DNA of 64,000 nt from Octopus vulgaris (lineage: Eukaryota): NCBI GenBank assembly GCA_951406725.2, contig OX597829.1:38688001-38752000 (forward strand). Reading direction: 5' to 3'. Of the stretch, positions 63,880 through 64,000 are shown in pieces (position 1 is the first letter of the stretch; each line of letters starts with the position of its first letter). Position numbers and translations under genes: made by a program. The notes under the pieces were generated by a model. It did no database searches, was not told the origin of the DNA, and saw nothing but the letters and a program-made list of their open reading frames with translations.

Positions 63880-64000
63880 GGCCAGGAGAGACGGATATAC
63901 ACAAGGCATCTGTATCTATGCCCTATGGAATATCTGCCCTAAAATTTTCAAAACCATCGTACTCGCGCCAACTTATCAGCAGTAAATATAAACTGCTGAT

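Overview
AT-rich, intron-like eukaryotic DNA dominated by (TA)/(TG)/(CT) microsatellites and retrotransposons. The repeat repertoire looks like a coleoid cephalopod (octopus-type) genome; this is an inference. Nearly all long ORFs in the track are microsatellite artefacts. Supported content: (1) two phase-compatible small + strand exons (5211-5350, 25875-25922) of an unidentified host gene with very large introns, plus weaker downstream exon candidates; (2) four tRNA-derived SINE families, one forming head-to-tail multimers with a fixed junction; (3) a 5'-truncated RTE-clade LINE (59233-61975, - strand) with an uninterrupted reading frame and a C4HC3 PHD-type zinc finger inserted inside its reverse transcriptase, plus many 3'-end copies of the same family; (4) several Penelope-like (GIY-YIG) fragments with five recognisable type I hammerhead ribozyme motifs from four different terminal-repeat sequences, and several long fold-back palindromes; (5) remnants of BovB-like RTE, CR1/L2-group LINE, Tc1/mariner, Helitron and piggyBac-type MITE elements. 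The most notable signals are the PHD finger inside the RT, the hammerhead set, the SINE concatemers, and a SINE-internal (TA)n tract that accumulated about 2 kb of nested Penelope-like insertions.
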